Shown one piece after another: positions 29,758-39,294 of a stretch of 64,000 nt of DNA. Source of the stretch: an uncultured Chitinophaga sp. (GTDB taxonomy: Bacteria; Bacteroidota; Bacteroidia; UBA7662); the NCBI GenBank assembly GCA_964577055.1, contig CAZNWC010000003.1, forward strand, positions 175,245-239,244, given 5' to 3'. The notes beneath the pieces are model-generated. The model saw nothing but the letters and a program-made list of their open reading frames with translations, made no database searches and was not told the origin of the DNA. A program made the position numbers and the translations under genes. Every line of letters begins with the position of its first letter. The stretch's first letter is position 1.

Positions 29758-31161
29758 ATGCAATTCGATCTTGTGGTCATCGGTGCCGGTCCTGGCGGTT
29801 ATGTAGCAGCCATTCGTGCAGCCCAACTGGGTTTAAAAACAGCCATTGTTGAGCGTTACAATACGCTTGGTGGTACTTGTTTGAATGTAGGTTGTATTCC
29901 TTCGAAGGCCATGCTCGATTCATCAGAGCATTACCACAATGCAGCGCATACCTTCAAAACGCATGGCATTGAGTTGAGCAATTTGCAGGTGAATTTGCCG
30001 CAGATGGTGGCCCGAAAAAACGACGTGGTGAAGCAAAACGTGGATGGTATTTCTTTTTTGATGAAGAAAAACAAAATCACCGTCTTTCACGGGCATGGCA
30101 CCTTTGCCGACAAGCACAGTTTGCTGATTGCCAAAAATGATGGCAGCAGTGAAACCATTACGGCCAAAAACTTCATCATTGCCACGGGCAGCAAACCGGC
30201 GAGTGTGCCGGGCATTGCCATCGACAAAAAGCGCATCATCACCTCTACCGAAGCCCTCAACCTGCCCGAAGTGCCCAAGCACATGGTGGTGATTGGTGGT
30301 GGGGTTATTGGCATGGAGATGGGCTCGGTGTACGCGCGCTTGGGCTGTAAGATCACTGTGATTGAGTTTACCGAAAGTCTTATTCCCACCATGGATGCTG
30401 CTTTGGGCAAAGAACTCCAAAAAGTGTTGGGCAAGTTGGGCTTCGATTTTCATTTCGGTCACAAGGTTACCCAAGTGGTTACCAAGGGCAAACAAACGGT
30501 GGTGACTTTTGAAGAGCTCAAAACGGGCGAGGTCAAAGAGATAAAGGCCGATTATACCTTGGTTTCGGTGGGCCGCCGTCCGTATACCGATCAATTGGGA
30601 CTCGACAAGGCCGGTTTGGCTACCGACGAACGTGGCCGCATTGCGGTGAACGAACATTTGCAAACGGCTGAGCCCCATATTTTCGCCATTGGTGATGTGG
30701 TACGCGGGGCCATGTTGGCGCACAAAGCCGAAGAAGAAGGAGTGTTTGTGGCAGAATATTTGGCTGGACAAAAACCGCACATCAACTATTTATTGATTCC
30801 GAATGTGGTGTATACCTGGCCTGAAGTGGCTGGGGTGGGGCATACCGAACAAGAGCTCAAAGCCCAGGGCATTCCGTACAAAACGGGTAATTTCCCTTTC
30901 AAGGCCAGCGGTCGTGCCCGTGCGTCGATGGATACCGATGGTTTTGTGAAGGTGTATGCGCACCAGCAAACCGATGAAATTTTGGGTGTGCATATGATTG
31001 GTCCACGTGTGGCCGACATGATTGCCGAGGCGGTGGTGGCCATGGAGTTTAGGGCCAGTGCTGAGGATATTGCCCGCATGAGCCATGCGCACCCCACTTA
31101 TACCGAGGTGTTTAGGGAGGCGTGTTTGGCGGCGACGGGGAACAGGGCGATACATATGTAG
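29758..31161 (+). CDS. lpdA: dihydrolipoyl dehydrogenase (E3)
   Basis: The FAD-binding motif DLVVIGAGPGGYVAA is present. The redox disulfide is GGTCLNVGCIPSK. There is an NAD-binding GGGVIGMEMG. The C-terminal interface has the HAHPT motif. Confidence 0.92.
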   Translation: MQFDLVVIGAGPGGYVAAIRAAQLGLKTAIVERYNTLGGTCLNVGCIPSKAMLDSSEHYHNAAHTFKTHGIELSNLQVNLPQMVARKNDVVKQNVDGISFLMKKNKITVFHGHGTFADKHSLLIAKNDGSSETITAKNFIIATGSKPASVPGIAIDKKRIITSTEALNLPEVPKHMVVIGGGVIGMEMGSVYARLGCKITVIEFTESLIPTMDAALGKELQKVLGKLGFDFHFGHKVTQVVTKGKQTVVTFEELKTGEVKEIKADYTLVSVGRRPYTDQLGLDKAGLATDERGRIAVNEHLQTAEPHIFAIGDVVRGAMLAHKAEEEGVFVAEYLAGQKPHINYLLIPNVVYTWPEVAGVGHTEQELKAQGIPYKTGNFPFKASGRARASMDTDGFVKVYAHQQTDEILGVHMIGPRVADMIAEAVVAMEFRASAEDIARMSHAHPTYTEVFREACLAATGNRAIHM

Positions 31162-31229
31162 GCCAGGCTGGTGCGTGGGCCCCGCTGGCGCGGGGCTGTG
31201 GACGCTTCGCTGTGGGCGCTTTGCTGTGA

Positions 31230-31267
31230 GTGCCCCGCTGCGCGGGGGCGGGGAGGTGCGTTTTTTG
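31230..31267 (+). terminator. GC-rich hairpin + T-run after lpdA
   Basis: CCCCGCtgcGCGGGGG is followed by a T6 run. An upstream second hairpin is CCCCGCtggcGCGGGG. Confidence 0.5.
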
Positions 31268-31536
31268 GGGGGTGGCTCCCACTTTCTCCCACAACTGCCT
31301 AAAAAATCGATTTTTTGAGGTTCTGTGGTGGTGCTTGAGGGCATTGCGGGGAATGTATTTTTTGTTTTTCAGTGTTTCTTTTCGGGCTGGATACAGGTAT
31401 CATATGCGTTTTTGCGCCTGAAACAATGTTTGTCTATTGCAATATCGCTGTGGATAAAAACGAAGTGTTTTAAGGTGGGAGAAAGTGGGGGATTGTGGAA
31501 TAGTTCATACCTTAGTGTTTGTAAAAGTCCACACCC

Positions 31537-31986
31537 GTGACCCAATTCCTCGGAGAATACGAACTCAAGCTCGATGCAAAAGGCCGCCTGGTTTTGCCAG
31601 CCGGTTTGATGCGTCAACTGCCGGCCGAAGCGGCGGGCAGGCTGGTGGTGAACCGGGGTTTCGAAAAGTGCCTGGTATTGTATCCGGCCAGTGAGTGGGA
31701 CGGTATTGTGGCCGAGGTGAACAAGCTCAATCCTTATGTAAAGGAAAACCGCGAGTTTGTGCGCTATTTCCTGCGTGGAGCTTCGCCCTTGGAGCTCGAT
31801 GCCGCCAACCGCATTAATTTGCCCAATCCGCTTTTGGAGTACGCAGCCATTGAAAAGGATGTGGTGCTGTTTGGCAATCTCAACAAAATTGAAATCTGGT
31901 CGAAGCAATTGTACACCGACATGCTCAACAATGAGCCCGGTGATTTTTCTGCGTTGGCCGAAAAGGTGATGGGAGGTAGGCTGTGA
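31537..31986 (+). CDS. mraZ: transcriptional regulator MraZ
   Basis: The protein has duplicated MraZ halves. It starts FLGEYELKLDAKGRLVLPAGLMRQL and later has ...NRINLPNPLLEYAAIEKDVVLFG. It is the first gene of the dcw cluster. Confidence 0.85.
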   Translation: MTQFLGEYELKLDAKGRLVLPAGLMRQLPAEAAGRLVVNRGFEKCLVLYPASEWDGIVAEVNKLNPYVKENREFVRYFLRGASPLELDAANRINLPNPLLEYAAIEKDVVLFGNLNKIEIWSKQLYTDMLNNEPGDFSALAEKVMGGRL

Positions 31987-32894
31987 CCGCAACGGCTTAC
32001 CACCGTCCGGTGATGCTGAACGAGTGTCTCGAAGGCCTCGACCTCCAGTCTGGCGGCACCTATGTAGATGTAACTTTTGGCGGCGGTGGGCACAGCCGGG
32101 CCATCCTCGATCGATTGGGGGCGCAAGGTCGTCTCCTCGCGTTCGACCAGGATCCCGACGTGCAAGCCCATCTACCCCAGGATGGGCGCTTCACTTTTGT
32201 AGACGCCAACTTCCGCCATCTGAAGCGCTTTTTGCGCCTCCACGGGGCCTTGCCGGTGGATGGTATTTTGGCCGATTTAGGGGTGAGCTCACACCAATTC
32301 GACGAGGCTGAACGCGGTTTCAGCTTTCGTTTTGATGCTGAACTCGATATGCGCATGGACACCCGTGCTGAGCGCAGTGCCCGCGAATTGTTGAACGAAG
32401 CCTCAGAAGAAGAGCTGCGCCGCATTTTCCGCTTGTACGGCGAGCTTACCAATGCCGGCAGGGTGGCAAAACTGGTGGTGCTGGCCCGCAGCAAGGGCGA
32501 GTTGCGTACCATTGAGCAGCTCAAGGCTGCCATCGCACCGGCCATGGGCAACGACAAACCATCGAAGTTCTACGCCAAGGTTTTTCAAGCCTTGCGGATT
32601 GAGCTCAACGAAGAAATGGAAGCCTTGCAGGAATTTCTGTTGCAATGTACCGAGGTTATCAAGCCCGGTGGTCGCTTGGTTGTGATGAGCTACCATTCGC
32701 TCGAAGACCGTTTGGTAAAGCACCTGATCAAGCAGGGCAATTTGGAAGGCAAGGTAGAGAAAGATTTTTACGGCAACGATTTGCGGCCTTTTGATCCGGT
32801 TAACGGCAGGGCCATTGTGGCTTCGGATGCCGAGCAGTTGGAAAATCCACGCGCCCGCAGCGCCAAACTGAGGATAGGAGTCCGCCGCGCATGA
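31983..32894 (+). CDS. rsmH: 16S rRNA (cytosine1402-N4)-methyltransferase RsmH (MraW)
   Basis: HRPVMLNECLEGL...YVDVTFGGGGHSRAIL...SYHSLEDRLVK are RsmH motifs. A GTG start overlaps the mraZ stop. Confidence 0.9.
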   Translation: MTATAYHRPVMLNECLEGLDLQSGGTYVDVTFGGGGHSRAILDRLGAQGRLLAFDQDPDVQAHLPQDGRFTFVDANFRHLKRFLRLHGALPVDGILADLGVSSHQFDEAERGFSFRFDAELDMRMDTRAERSARELLNEASEEELRRIFRLYGELTNAGRVAKLVVLARSKGELRTIEQLKAAIAPAMGNDKPSKFYAKVFQALRIELNEEMEALQEFLLQCTEVIKPGGRLVVMSYHSLEDRLVKHLIKQGNLEGKVEKDFYGNDLRPFDPVNGRAIVASDAEQLENPRARSAKLRIGVRRA

Positions 32895-33268
32895 ATACCT
32901 ACAAGCCCAAAAACGAAACACGTGCGCAAGCGGCCGAAAGCACGCCCAAAAGTGGTCGGCGCATCAACCTGTTTGGTTTGTTTGATCCCGAGCGCTACCT
33001 CAAAGCGCAGGCGGTGGGCAAAAACCTGCCATTTGTGCTCTACTGCAGCGTATTGGTCTTGCTCTACATTGCCAATGCGCACATGGTAGAAAAGCGCATT
33101 CGCAGCATCAACAAGCTCGAAAACGAGCTCCAGGATTTGAGGGCCGAGTACATCACCCTCAAAAGTGAATTGATGTACCTGAGCAAACAAAGTGAAGTGG
33201 CCAAAAGGGTGGAGGTTGCCGGCTTAAAGGAGCTGCGATCGGCACCCAAAAAGATATACATCGACTGA
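32891..33268 (+). CDS. ftsL: cell division protein FtsL-like
   Basis: The 125-aa protein has one TM helix (FVLYCSVLVLLYIANAHMV) followed by a coiled coil. It lies between rsmH and ftsI. ATGA overlap with the rsmH stop. Confidence 0.7.
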   Translation: MNTYKPKNETRAQAAESTPKSGRRINLFGLFDPERYLKAQAVGKNLPFVLYCSVLVLLYIANAHMVEKRIRSINKLENELQDLRAEYITLKSELMYLSKQSEVAKRVEVAGLKELRSAPKKIYID

Positions 33269-35361
33269 TGAGCGTGAAGCAAGATATCGTCAGGAGGATT
33301 TACCTCTCCTTTGCACTGATGGTGCTGGTGGGACTGGGCATTGTGTTCCAGGCTGCCCGTATCCAAACGGTGGAGGGAGCTTATTACCGCGAGCTGGCCG
33401 ACAGTTTGACCACGGCTTACCGCAGCATTGAGGCCATACGCGGCAATATTTATGCAGCCGATGGCAGTTTGCTGGCCACCTCGGTGCCCATTTACGATGT
33501 GCGCATGGACACCCGGGTGGACGGTCTCACCGACGAACTTTTTGAAAACAAGGTGGATTCACTGGCCATGGGTTTGGCCCACATTTTCGGTGATATGAGC
33601 GCGCGTGAATATGCCCGCAAAATCCGTGAAGGACGCCGCAAAGGCAAACGCAATCTGCTCATCAAGCGCAATATCAATTACGAAGAACTGCAGCGCGTGA
33701 AAAAACTCGCCTTGTTCAACCGCGGTCGCTACAAAGGCGGCATGGTGGTAGAGCAGAAGACCAAAAGAGAAATGCCATTCCGACATCTCGCCAGGCGCAC
33801 CATCGGTTATGCCATTGCCGGTGTGGCGCCGGTGGGATTGGAGGGCGCTTTTGATGCTGAATTGGCGGGCATTGGAGGCAAGCGTCTGATGCAAAAAATC
33901 GCGGGTGGCGTTTGGATTCCAATCAACGACCGCGACGAAATAGAGCCGCGCCATGGCAACGACATTGTGACCACCATCGATGTGAACATACAGGACGTAA
34001 CCGAAGCGGCCCTGCTCAAGGCTTTGGAGAAAAACAATGCCGACCACGGTACTGCCATTGTGATGGAGGTGGCCACTGGCAAAATCAAAGCCATGGCCAA
34101 TTTGGGTCGCGACAGTGAAGGCGGTTTGTACTACGAAAAATACAACTATGCCATTGGTGAAAGTGCAGAGCCTGGGTCTACCATGAAGTTGGCTTCGCTG
34201 ATGGTGGCTTTGGAGCGGGGCGACGTGAAGTTGGCCGACAGCATTGATTTGGAGCGCGGTCAGTTTCGGTTTTACGACCGGGTCATGAAAGATTCGGAGA
34301 AGCACGATTACCGGAAGATGAGCGTCAAAGACCTTTTTGCTATCAGTTCCAATGTGGGTGTTTCGCGCCTTGTGAACGATTTGTATGGCCAAAACCCAAA
34401 GGCATTTTTGGCGGGTCTCGAACAATTGGGCCTGGGCAAGCTCACGGGCATCGAAATCAAAGGGGAGGGCAAACCCGTGCTTAAAACGCCTGGTACCAAA
34501 GGCTGGAGCGGTGTAACCCTTCCTTGGATGAGTGTAGGTTATGAACTGCGCCTCACGCCCTTGCAAGTGCTCACCTTGTACAATTCAGTTGCCAACGACG
34601 GCAAAATGATGCGCCCTTACCTGGTGCACGGGGTGCAGGAGTATGGCAAGGCAGTGAAAAAGTACAAGCCCGAAGTACTGCAAGCCAGCATTGCCAGTGC
34701 GTCAACTATCCATCAAGCCCGCGAACTGCTCGAACATGTGGCGGTGATGGGTACGGCCAAACATCTGCAAGGCAAACAATACGCCATTGCCGGCAAGACG
34801 GGTACTGCCCTCATTGCCGATAACAGTGCAGGCTACCGCGGAACGGTAAAGTACCGGGCCTCATTTGCCGGCTATTTTCCAGCCGACAAACCGCGCTACA
34901 GTGTGATTGTGGTGGTGAACAATCCGAGTGCCGGGGTGTATTACGGCGGTTATGTGGCTGGACCGGTGTTCAAGGAAATTGCCGACAAGGTGTACGCCTC
35001 GCACATCAATCCGTACTTGAACCAAGATCGTCCGACCGACGAGCAGCCCGACTACCTCATTGTAAAGGGTGGCCGCCGCGACGAAACCGAATATGTGTTG
35101 CGCAAGCTCGATTTCAAATACCAGGATGCGCCCGATGCCGAGTGGATCCGCCAGGCTGACAGCACGCAGCTCACCGAAGTATCCATCAAAGACAAGCTGG
35201 TACCACAGGTTACCGGCATGGGATTAAAAGATGCCGTTTTTCTGCTCGAAAATGCTGGTTTACGCGTGGTGCCCATAGGCCGCGGCAAGGTGGTGCGTCA
35301 GAGCATAAAAGCCGGCTCGGCCTATCGTAAAAACCAGGAAATCGTCATAGAACTCAGCTGA
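33268..35361 (+). CDS. ftsI: penicillin-binding protein 3 / FtsI transpeptidase with C-terminal PASTA domain
   Basis: A TM anchor and PBP dimerisation domain are present. Transpeptidase motifs are STMK (SxxK), SSN and KTGTA. A C-terminal PASTA domain is present (VPQVTGMGLKDAVFLLENAGLRVVPIGRGKVVRQS). Confidence 0.9.
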   Translation: MSVKQDIVRRIYLSFALMVLVGLGIVFQAARIQTVEGAYYRELADSLTTAYRSIEAIRGNIYAADGSLLATSVPIYDVRMDTRVDGLTDELFENKVDSLAMGLAHIFGDMSAREYARKIREGRRKGKRNLLIKRNINYEELQRVKKLALFNRGRYKGGMVVEQKTKREMPFRHLARRTIGYAIAGVAPVGLEGAFDAELAGIGGKRLMQKIAGGVWIPINDRDEIEPRHGNDIVTTIDVNIQDVTEAALLKALEKNNADHGTAIVMEVATGKIKAMANLGRDSEGGLYYEKYNYAIGESAEPGSTMKLASLMVALERGDVKLADSIDLERGQFRFYDRVMKDSEKHDYRKMSVKDLFAISSNVGVSRLVNDLYGQNPKAFLAGLEQLGLGKLTGIEIKGEGKPVLKTPGTKGWSGVTLPWMSVGYELRLTPLQVLTLYNSVANDGKMMRPYLVHGVQEYGKAVKKYKPEVLQASIASASTIHQARELLEHVAVMGTAKHLQGKQYAIAGKTGTALIADNSAGYRGTVKYRASFAGYFPADKPRYSVIVVVNNPSAGVYYGGYVAGPVFKEIADKVYASHINPYLNQDRPTDEQPDYLIVKGGRRDETEYVLRKLDFKYQDAPDAEWIRQADSTQLTEVSIKDKLVPQVTGMGLKDAVFLLENAGLRVVPIGRGKVVRQSIKAGSAYRKNQEIVIELS

Positions 35362-36821
35362 TGCCAAGTTTACGCGACATATTGTACAAAGCTGGGGCCG
35401 TTGAAATACACGGCAGCACCGACCGTGACATCACGGCCGTAGCCCTCGACTCGCGCAAGGTAGTGGCCGGTGCCGTATTTGTGGCGGTACGCGGCAGTGC
35501 CACCGATGGCCACCAATACATGGCCAAAGCAGTGGAGCTGGGTGCAACCGCCATTGTGTGCGAAGAGTTGCCCGCTGCACGTGCGGCTGGCATCACGTAT
35601 GTGCGTGTGCCCGACAGCAGCAAGGCCCTTGCCTGGTTGGCTTGCAACTTTTACGACAATCCATCTGAAAAACTCAAGCTCGTAGGCATTACCGGCACCA
35701 ATGGCAAAACCACCACGGTGAATTTGCTCTTTGCGCTGTTTACCCGTATGGGCTACCCCTGTGGTTTGTTGTCGACCGTGGGCAACCGCATTGGCAACCG
35801 CAGTTTGGAAGCCACGCATACCACGCCCGATGCCGTGACCATCAATGCCCTCTTGGCCGAGATGGTGGAGGCCGGATGCAGTCACGCCTTCATGGAAGTG
35901 AGTTCGCATGCCGCACACCAGCACCGCATAGAGGGTTTGGCATTTGATGTGGCCATTTTTAGCAACATCACCCACGACCACCTCGATTACCACGGCACCT
36001 TTGACCATTACCTCAAGGCCAAGAAGTCGTTTTTCGACCGTTTGTCGGCCGAGGCGGTGGCCTTGGTGAACCGCGACGATAAAAATGGCCTGGTGATGAC
36101 CCAAAACACCAAGGCCAAGGTGCAGACTTTTTCACTGCGGCAGGAAGCCGATTTGAAGGCTAAAGTGCTCGAAAACAATTTCGCTGGTTTGCATTTGCTG
36201 TTAGATGGCACCGATTTCCACAGCGGCTTGATAGGCAGCTTTAACGCCTACAATTTGCTGGCGGTGTATGGCGCAGCCATTGCTTTGGGCGAAGACAAGC
36301 TCGAGGTGCTCACAGCACTTTCATCTTTGGCTGCACCCAGCGGTAGGTTCGACTATGTGCGCAGTGCCAAACTCATTACCGGTATTGTTGATTATGCCCA
36401 TACGCCCGATGCATTGGAGAATGTGTTGCGCACCATCCGCGACATCCGGCAGGGCAACGAACGCATCATTACGGTGGTGGGTTGCGGTGGCGATCGCGAC
36501 AAAACCAAACGCCCTGTGATGGCTGAACTGGCTGCCCGCATGAGCGATAAAGCCATTTTAACCAGCGACAATCCCCGCACCGAAGATCCCGAGCGGATCC
36601 TCGACGAGATGCAGGCCGGTTTGTCGCTCGAGCAAAAAATCAACACCCTGCGCATCAGCGACCGTGCCGAAGCCATTCGCGCGGCCTGCCTGTTGGCCTT
36701 GCCTGGCGACATCATTTTGGTGGCCGGCAAGGGGCATGAAACCTACCAGGACATTGCCGGGGTAAAACACCCTTTTGACGACAAAGCCGAACTCCTCAAA
36801 AACCTTGAAAGCCTGAAATAA
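35361..36821 (+). CDS. murE: UDP-N-acetylmuramoyl-L-alanyl-D-glutamate--2,6-diaminopimelate ligase
   Basis: Mur ligase P-loop GITGTNGKTTTV is present. The DAP-specificity motif DNPR is present. Its position in dcw fits. Confidence 0.9.
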   Translation: MPSLRDILYKAGAVEIHGSTDRDITAVALDSRKVVAGAVFVAVRGSATDGHQYMAKAVELGATAIVCEELPAARAAGITYVRVPDSSKALAWLACNFYDNPSEKLKLVGITGTNGKTTTVNLLFALFTRMGYPCGLLSTVGNRIGNRSLEATHTTPDAVTINALLAEMVEAGCSHAFMEVSSHAAHQHRIEGLAFDVAIFSNITHDHLDYHGTFDHYLKAKKSFFDRLSAEAVALVNRDDKNGLVMTQNTKAKVQTFSLRQEADLKAKVLENNFAGLHLLLDGTDFHSGLIGSFNAYNLLAVYGAAIALGEDKLEVLTALSSLAAPSGRFDYVRSAKLITGIVDYAHTPDALENVLRTIRDIRQGNERIITVVGCGGDRDKTKRPVMAELAARMSDKAILTSDNPRTEDPERILDEMQAGLSLEQKINTLRISDRAEAIRAACLLALPGDIILVAGKGHETYQDIAGVKHPFDDKAELLKNLESLK

Positions 36822-37957
36822 TGTTGTACTACCTGTTTGATTACCTCGACAAGCAATTCGACCTGGCCGGTGCGGGGGTGTTTCAGTTCATTTCGTTCAG
36901 GGCCTCACTGGCGGCCATTTTGAGTTTGCTGCTCAGCCTTTTCATTGGCAAGCGCATCATCAATTTCCTTAAACGCAAACAAATTGGCGAAACCATCCGC
37001 ACGGTGGGTCCTGAGAGCCATTTCAGCAAAAAAGGCACGCCTACCATGGGGGGAATCATCATCTTGGTTTCCATTATCCTGCCCACCTTGTTGGTGGCCA
37101 AGGTGGAGAACATTTATGTGCTGGTGATGTTGCTGGCCACCATTTGGATGGGTGCCATTGGCTTTACCGATGATTACATCAAGGTGTTTTTGAAAAACAA
37201 ACAAGGCCTGCGCTCCAAGTTCAAGATCATGGGGCAGGTAGGTTTGGGCATCATCATCGCCGCCACGCTCTTTTACCACCCCGATGTGCAGGACATCGCC
37301 TTGCAGACCAACTTGCCCATCGGCAAATCGCTTTTTAGTTACGCCAATTTGGCGCCTTCGCCCGGCTTGGCTTGGGTGATTTACTTTGCGGTCATCATCT
37401 TCATCGTAACCGCCGTAACCAATGCGGTGAATCTTACCGATGGCATCGATGGTTTGGCGGCGGGTGTTTCGGCCATTGTGGGAACGGGCCTCGGCATTTT
37501 GGCCTATATGAGCGGTAACACCATTTTGGCCGATTACCTCAACATCCTGTATGTGCCCATGTCGGGCGAGGTGGTGGTGTTTTTGGCTGCCCTCGTAGGC
37601 GCTTGCATCGGCTTTATTTGGTACAACAGCTTTCCGGCACAGGTTTTCATGGGCGATACCGGTTCGCTGGCCCTGGGTGGTGCTTTTGCTGCCGTGGCCA
37701 TCATCATCAAGATGGAATTGCTGTTGCCCATTTTGTGCGGCATTTTCTTCGTAGAAAGCCTGTCGGTGATCATTCAAGTGGCCTACTTCAAGTACACCAA
37801 AAAGAAATACGGTGAAGGTCGCCGCATCTTCAAGATGTCGCCCTTGCACCACCACTATGAACTCAAAGGTATTCCCGAGCCCAAAATCGTGACCCGCTTT
37901 TGGATCGTCACCATTTTCCTTGTCATCGTTACCATCGCCTTGTTGAAGCTGAGATAA
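36821..37957 (+). CDS. mraY: phospho-N-acetylmuramoyl-pentapeptide transferase
   Basis: The 10-TM protein has MraY motifs (KKGTPTMGG, NAVNLTDGIDGLA, VFMGDTGSLALGG). Confidence 0.9.
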   Translation: MLYYLFDYLDKQFDLAGAGVFQFISFRASLAAILSLLLSLFIGKRIINFLKRKQIGETIRTVGPESHFSKKGTPTMGGIIILVSIILPTLLVAKVENIYVLVMLLATIWMGAIGFTDDYIKVFLKNKQGLRSKFKIMGQVGLGIIIAATLFYHPDVQDIALQTNLPIGKSLFSYANLAPSPGLAWVIYFAVIIFIVTAVTNAVNLTDGIDGLAAGVSAIVGTGLGILAYMSGNTILADYLNILYVPMSGEVVVFLAALVGACIGFIWYNSFPAQVFMGDTGSLALGGAFAAVAIIIKMELLLPILCGIFFVESLSVIIQVAYFKYTKKKYGEGRRIFKMSPLHHHYELKGIPEPKIVTRFWIVTIFLVIVTIALLKLR

Positions 37958-39294
37958 TGGCCGACAAAATTGTCATACTGGGAGCAGGAGAAAGCGGCGT
38001 AGGTGCTGCTGTGCTGGCAAAGAAGCTGGGGGCCGACGTATTGGTGTCGGACGCCGGAGCCATCAAGCCTGCCCAGCTGGCAACGCTCGCGGCATTGGGC
38101 GTGCGCACCGAGCAAGGTGGGCATACCGAGGCCGAGCTCTTGCGGGCAACAGAGGTGATCAAGAGTCCGGGCATCCCCGACAACCTGCCGCTATTGCAGC
38201 GGCTGCGTGCTGCCGGGGTACCTATCATCAACGAGTTGGAATATGCCGCGCGCCACACCAAAGCCAAACTCATTGGCATTACCGGTACAAACGGCAAAAC
38301 CACTACCACGCTGCTGACTTACCACATCTTCAAATCGGCTGGACTCAAAGTAGGCTTGGCAGGCAATGTGGGCAAAAGTTTTGCGCGGCAGGTGGCCGAA
38401 GAGGACTTTGATTACTACGTCCTCGAAATCAGCAGTTTTCAGCTCGATGGCATGTTTGCCACGCGGCTGGATGTGGGTGTCATCACCAACATCACGCCCG
38501 ACCACCTCGACCGTTACGACTACAAATTCGAAAACTACGTGGCCTCGAAGCTGCGCATTGCCCAAAATATGGGTCCCGAGCAGGTGCTGGTGTACAATGC
38601 CGACGATCCGGTAACGGTACAAGCGCTGGAAGGCGCCAGCATCAAAGCCCGCAAAATTCCCTTCAGTTATGGGCGCGCGCTTGCTGAGGGTGCATACAAA
38701 AATGAACACGACATTATTATCTGCATAAACCAAGAAACCATGACTGTGCCATTCGACGAACTCTCGCTTAAAGGACGCCACAACGCTTACAACGCCATGG
38801 CGGCCAGCGTTCCCGCCCGTCTATTCGACATCCGCAAGGAAACCATCCGCGAAAGTCTCAGCAATTTTGAGCAGGTGGAGCACCGCTTGGAGAAGGTGGC
38901 TACCATCAAAGGGGTGGAATATGTAAACGACAGCAAGGCTACCAACGTAAACAGCACCTGGTATGCCCTCGAAAGTTTTGGCGAACCCATTGTGTGGATT
39001 GCTGGCGGGGTTGACAAAGGCAACGACTACGACGTGCTCAAGGAATTGGTGAAAGAGCGGGTGAAGGCCATTGTGTGTTTGGGTACCGACAACCGCCGCA
39101 TCCACGAGGCTTTTGGCGATTTGGTACCTGTGTTGGTGAATACCACCAGCATGGAAGAATGTGTGCGCATGGCCCACCACCTGGCGGTGAAAGGCGATGT
39201 GGTATTGTTGTCGCCGGCCTGTGCCAGCTTCGACCTGTTTGACAATTACGAGGACCGTGGCCGTCAATTCAAAAAATACGTAAAGGCACTCTGA
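37957..39294 (+). CDS. murD: UDP-N-acetylmuramoylalanine--D-glutamate ligase
   Basis: A Rossmann N-terminus is present (KIVILGAGESGVGAA). The Mur ligase P-loop is GITGTNGKTTTT. The ATG at 37957 overlaps the mraY TAA by 1 nt. The track ORF starts further upstream. Confidence 0.9.
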   Translation: MADKIVILGAGESGVGAAVLAKKLGADVLVSDAGAIKPAQLATLAALGVRTEQGGHTEAELLRATEVIKSPGIPDNLPLLQRLRAAGVPIINELEYAARHTKAKLIGITGTNGKTTTTLLTYHIFKSAGLKVGLAGNVGKSFARQVAEEDFDYYVLEISSFQLDGMFATRLDVGVITNITPDHLDRYDYKFENYVASKLRIAQNMGPEQVLVYNADDPVTVQALEGASIKARKIPFSYGRALAEGAYKNEHDIIICINQETMTVPFDELSLKGRHNAYNAMAASVPARLFDIRKETIRESLSNFEQVEHRLEKVATIKGVEYVNDSKATNVNSTWYALESFGEPIVWIAGGVDKGNDYDVLKELVKERVKAIVCLGTDNRRIHEAFGDLVPVLVNTTSMEECVRMAHHLAVKGDVVLLSPACASFDLFDNYEDRGRQFKKYVKAL

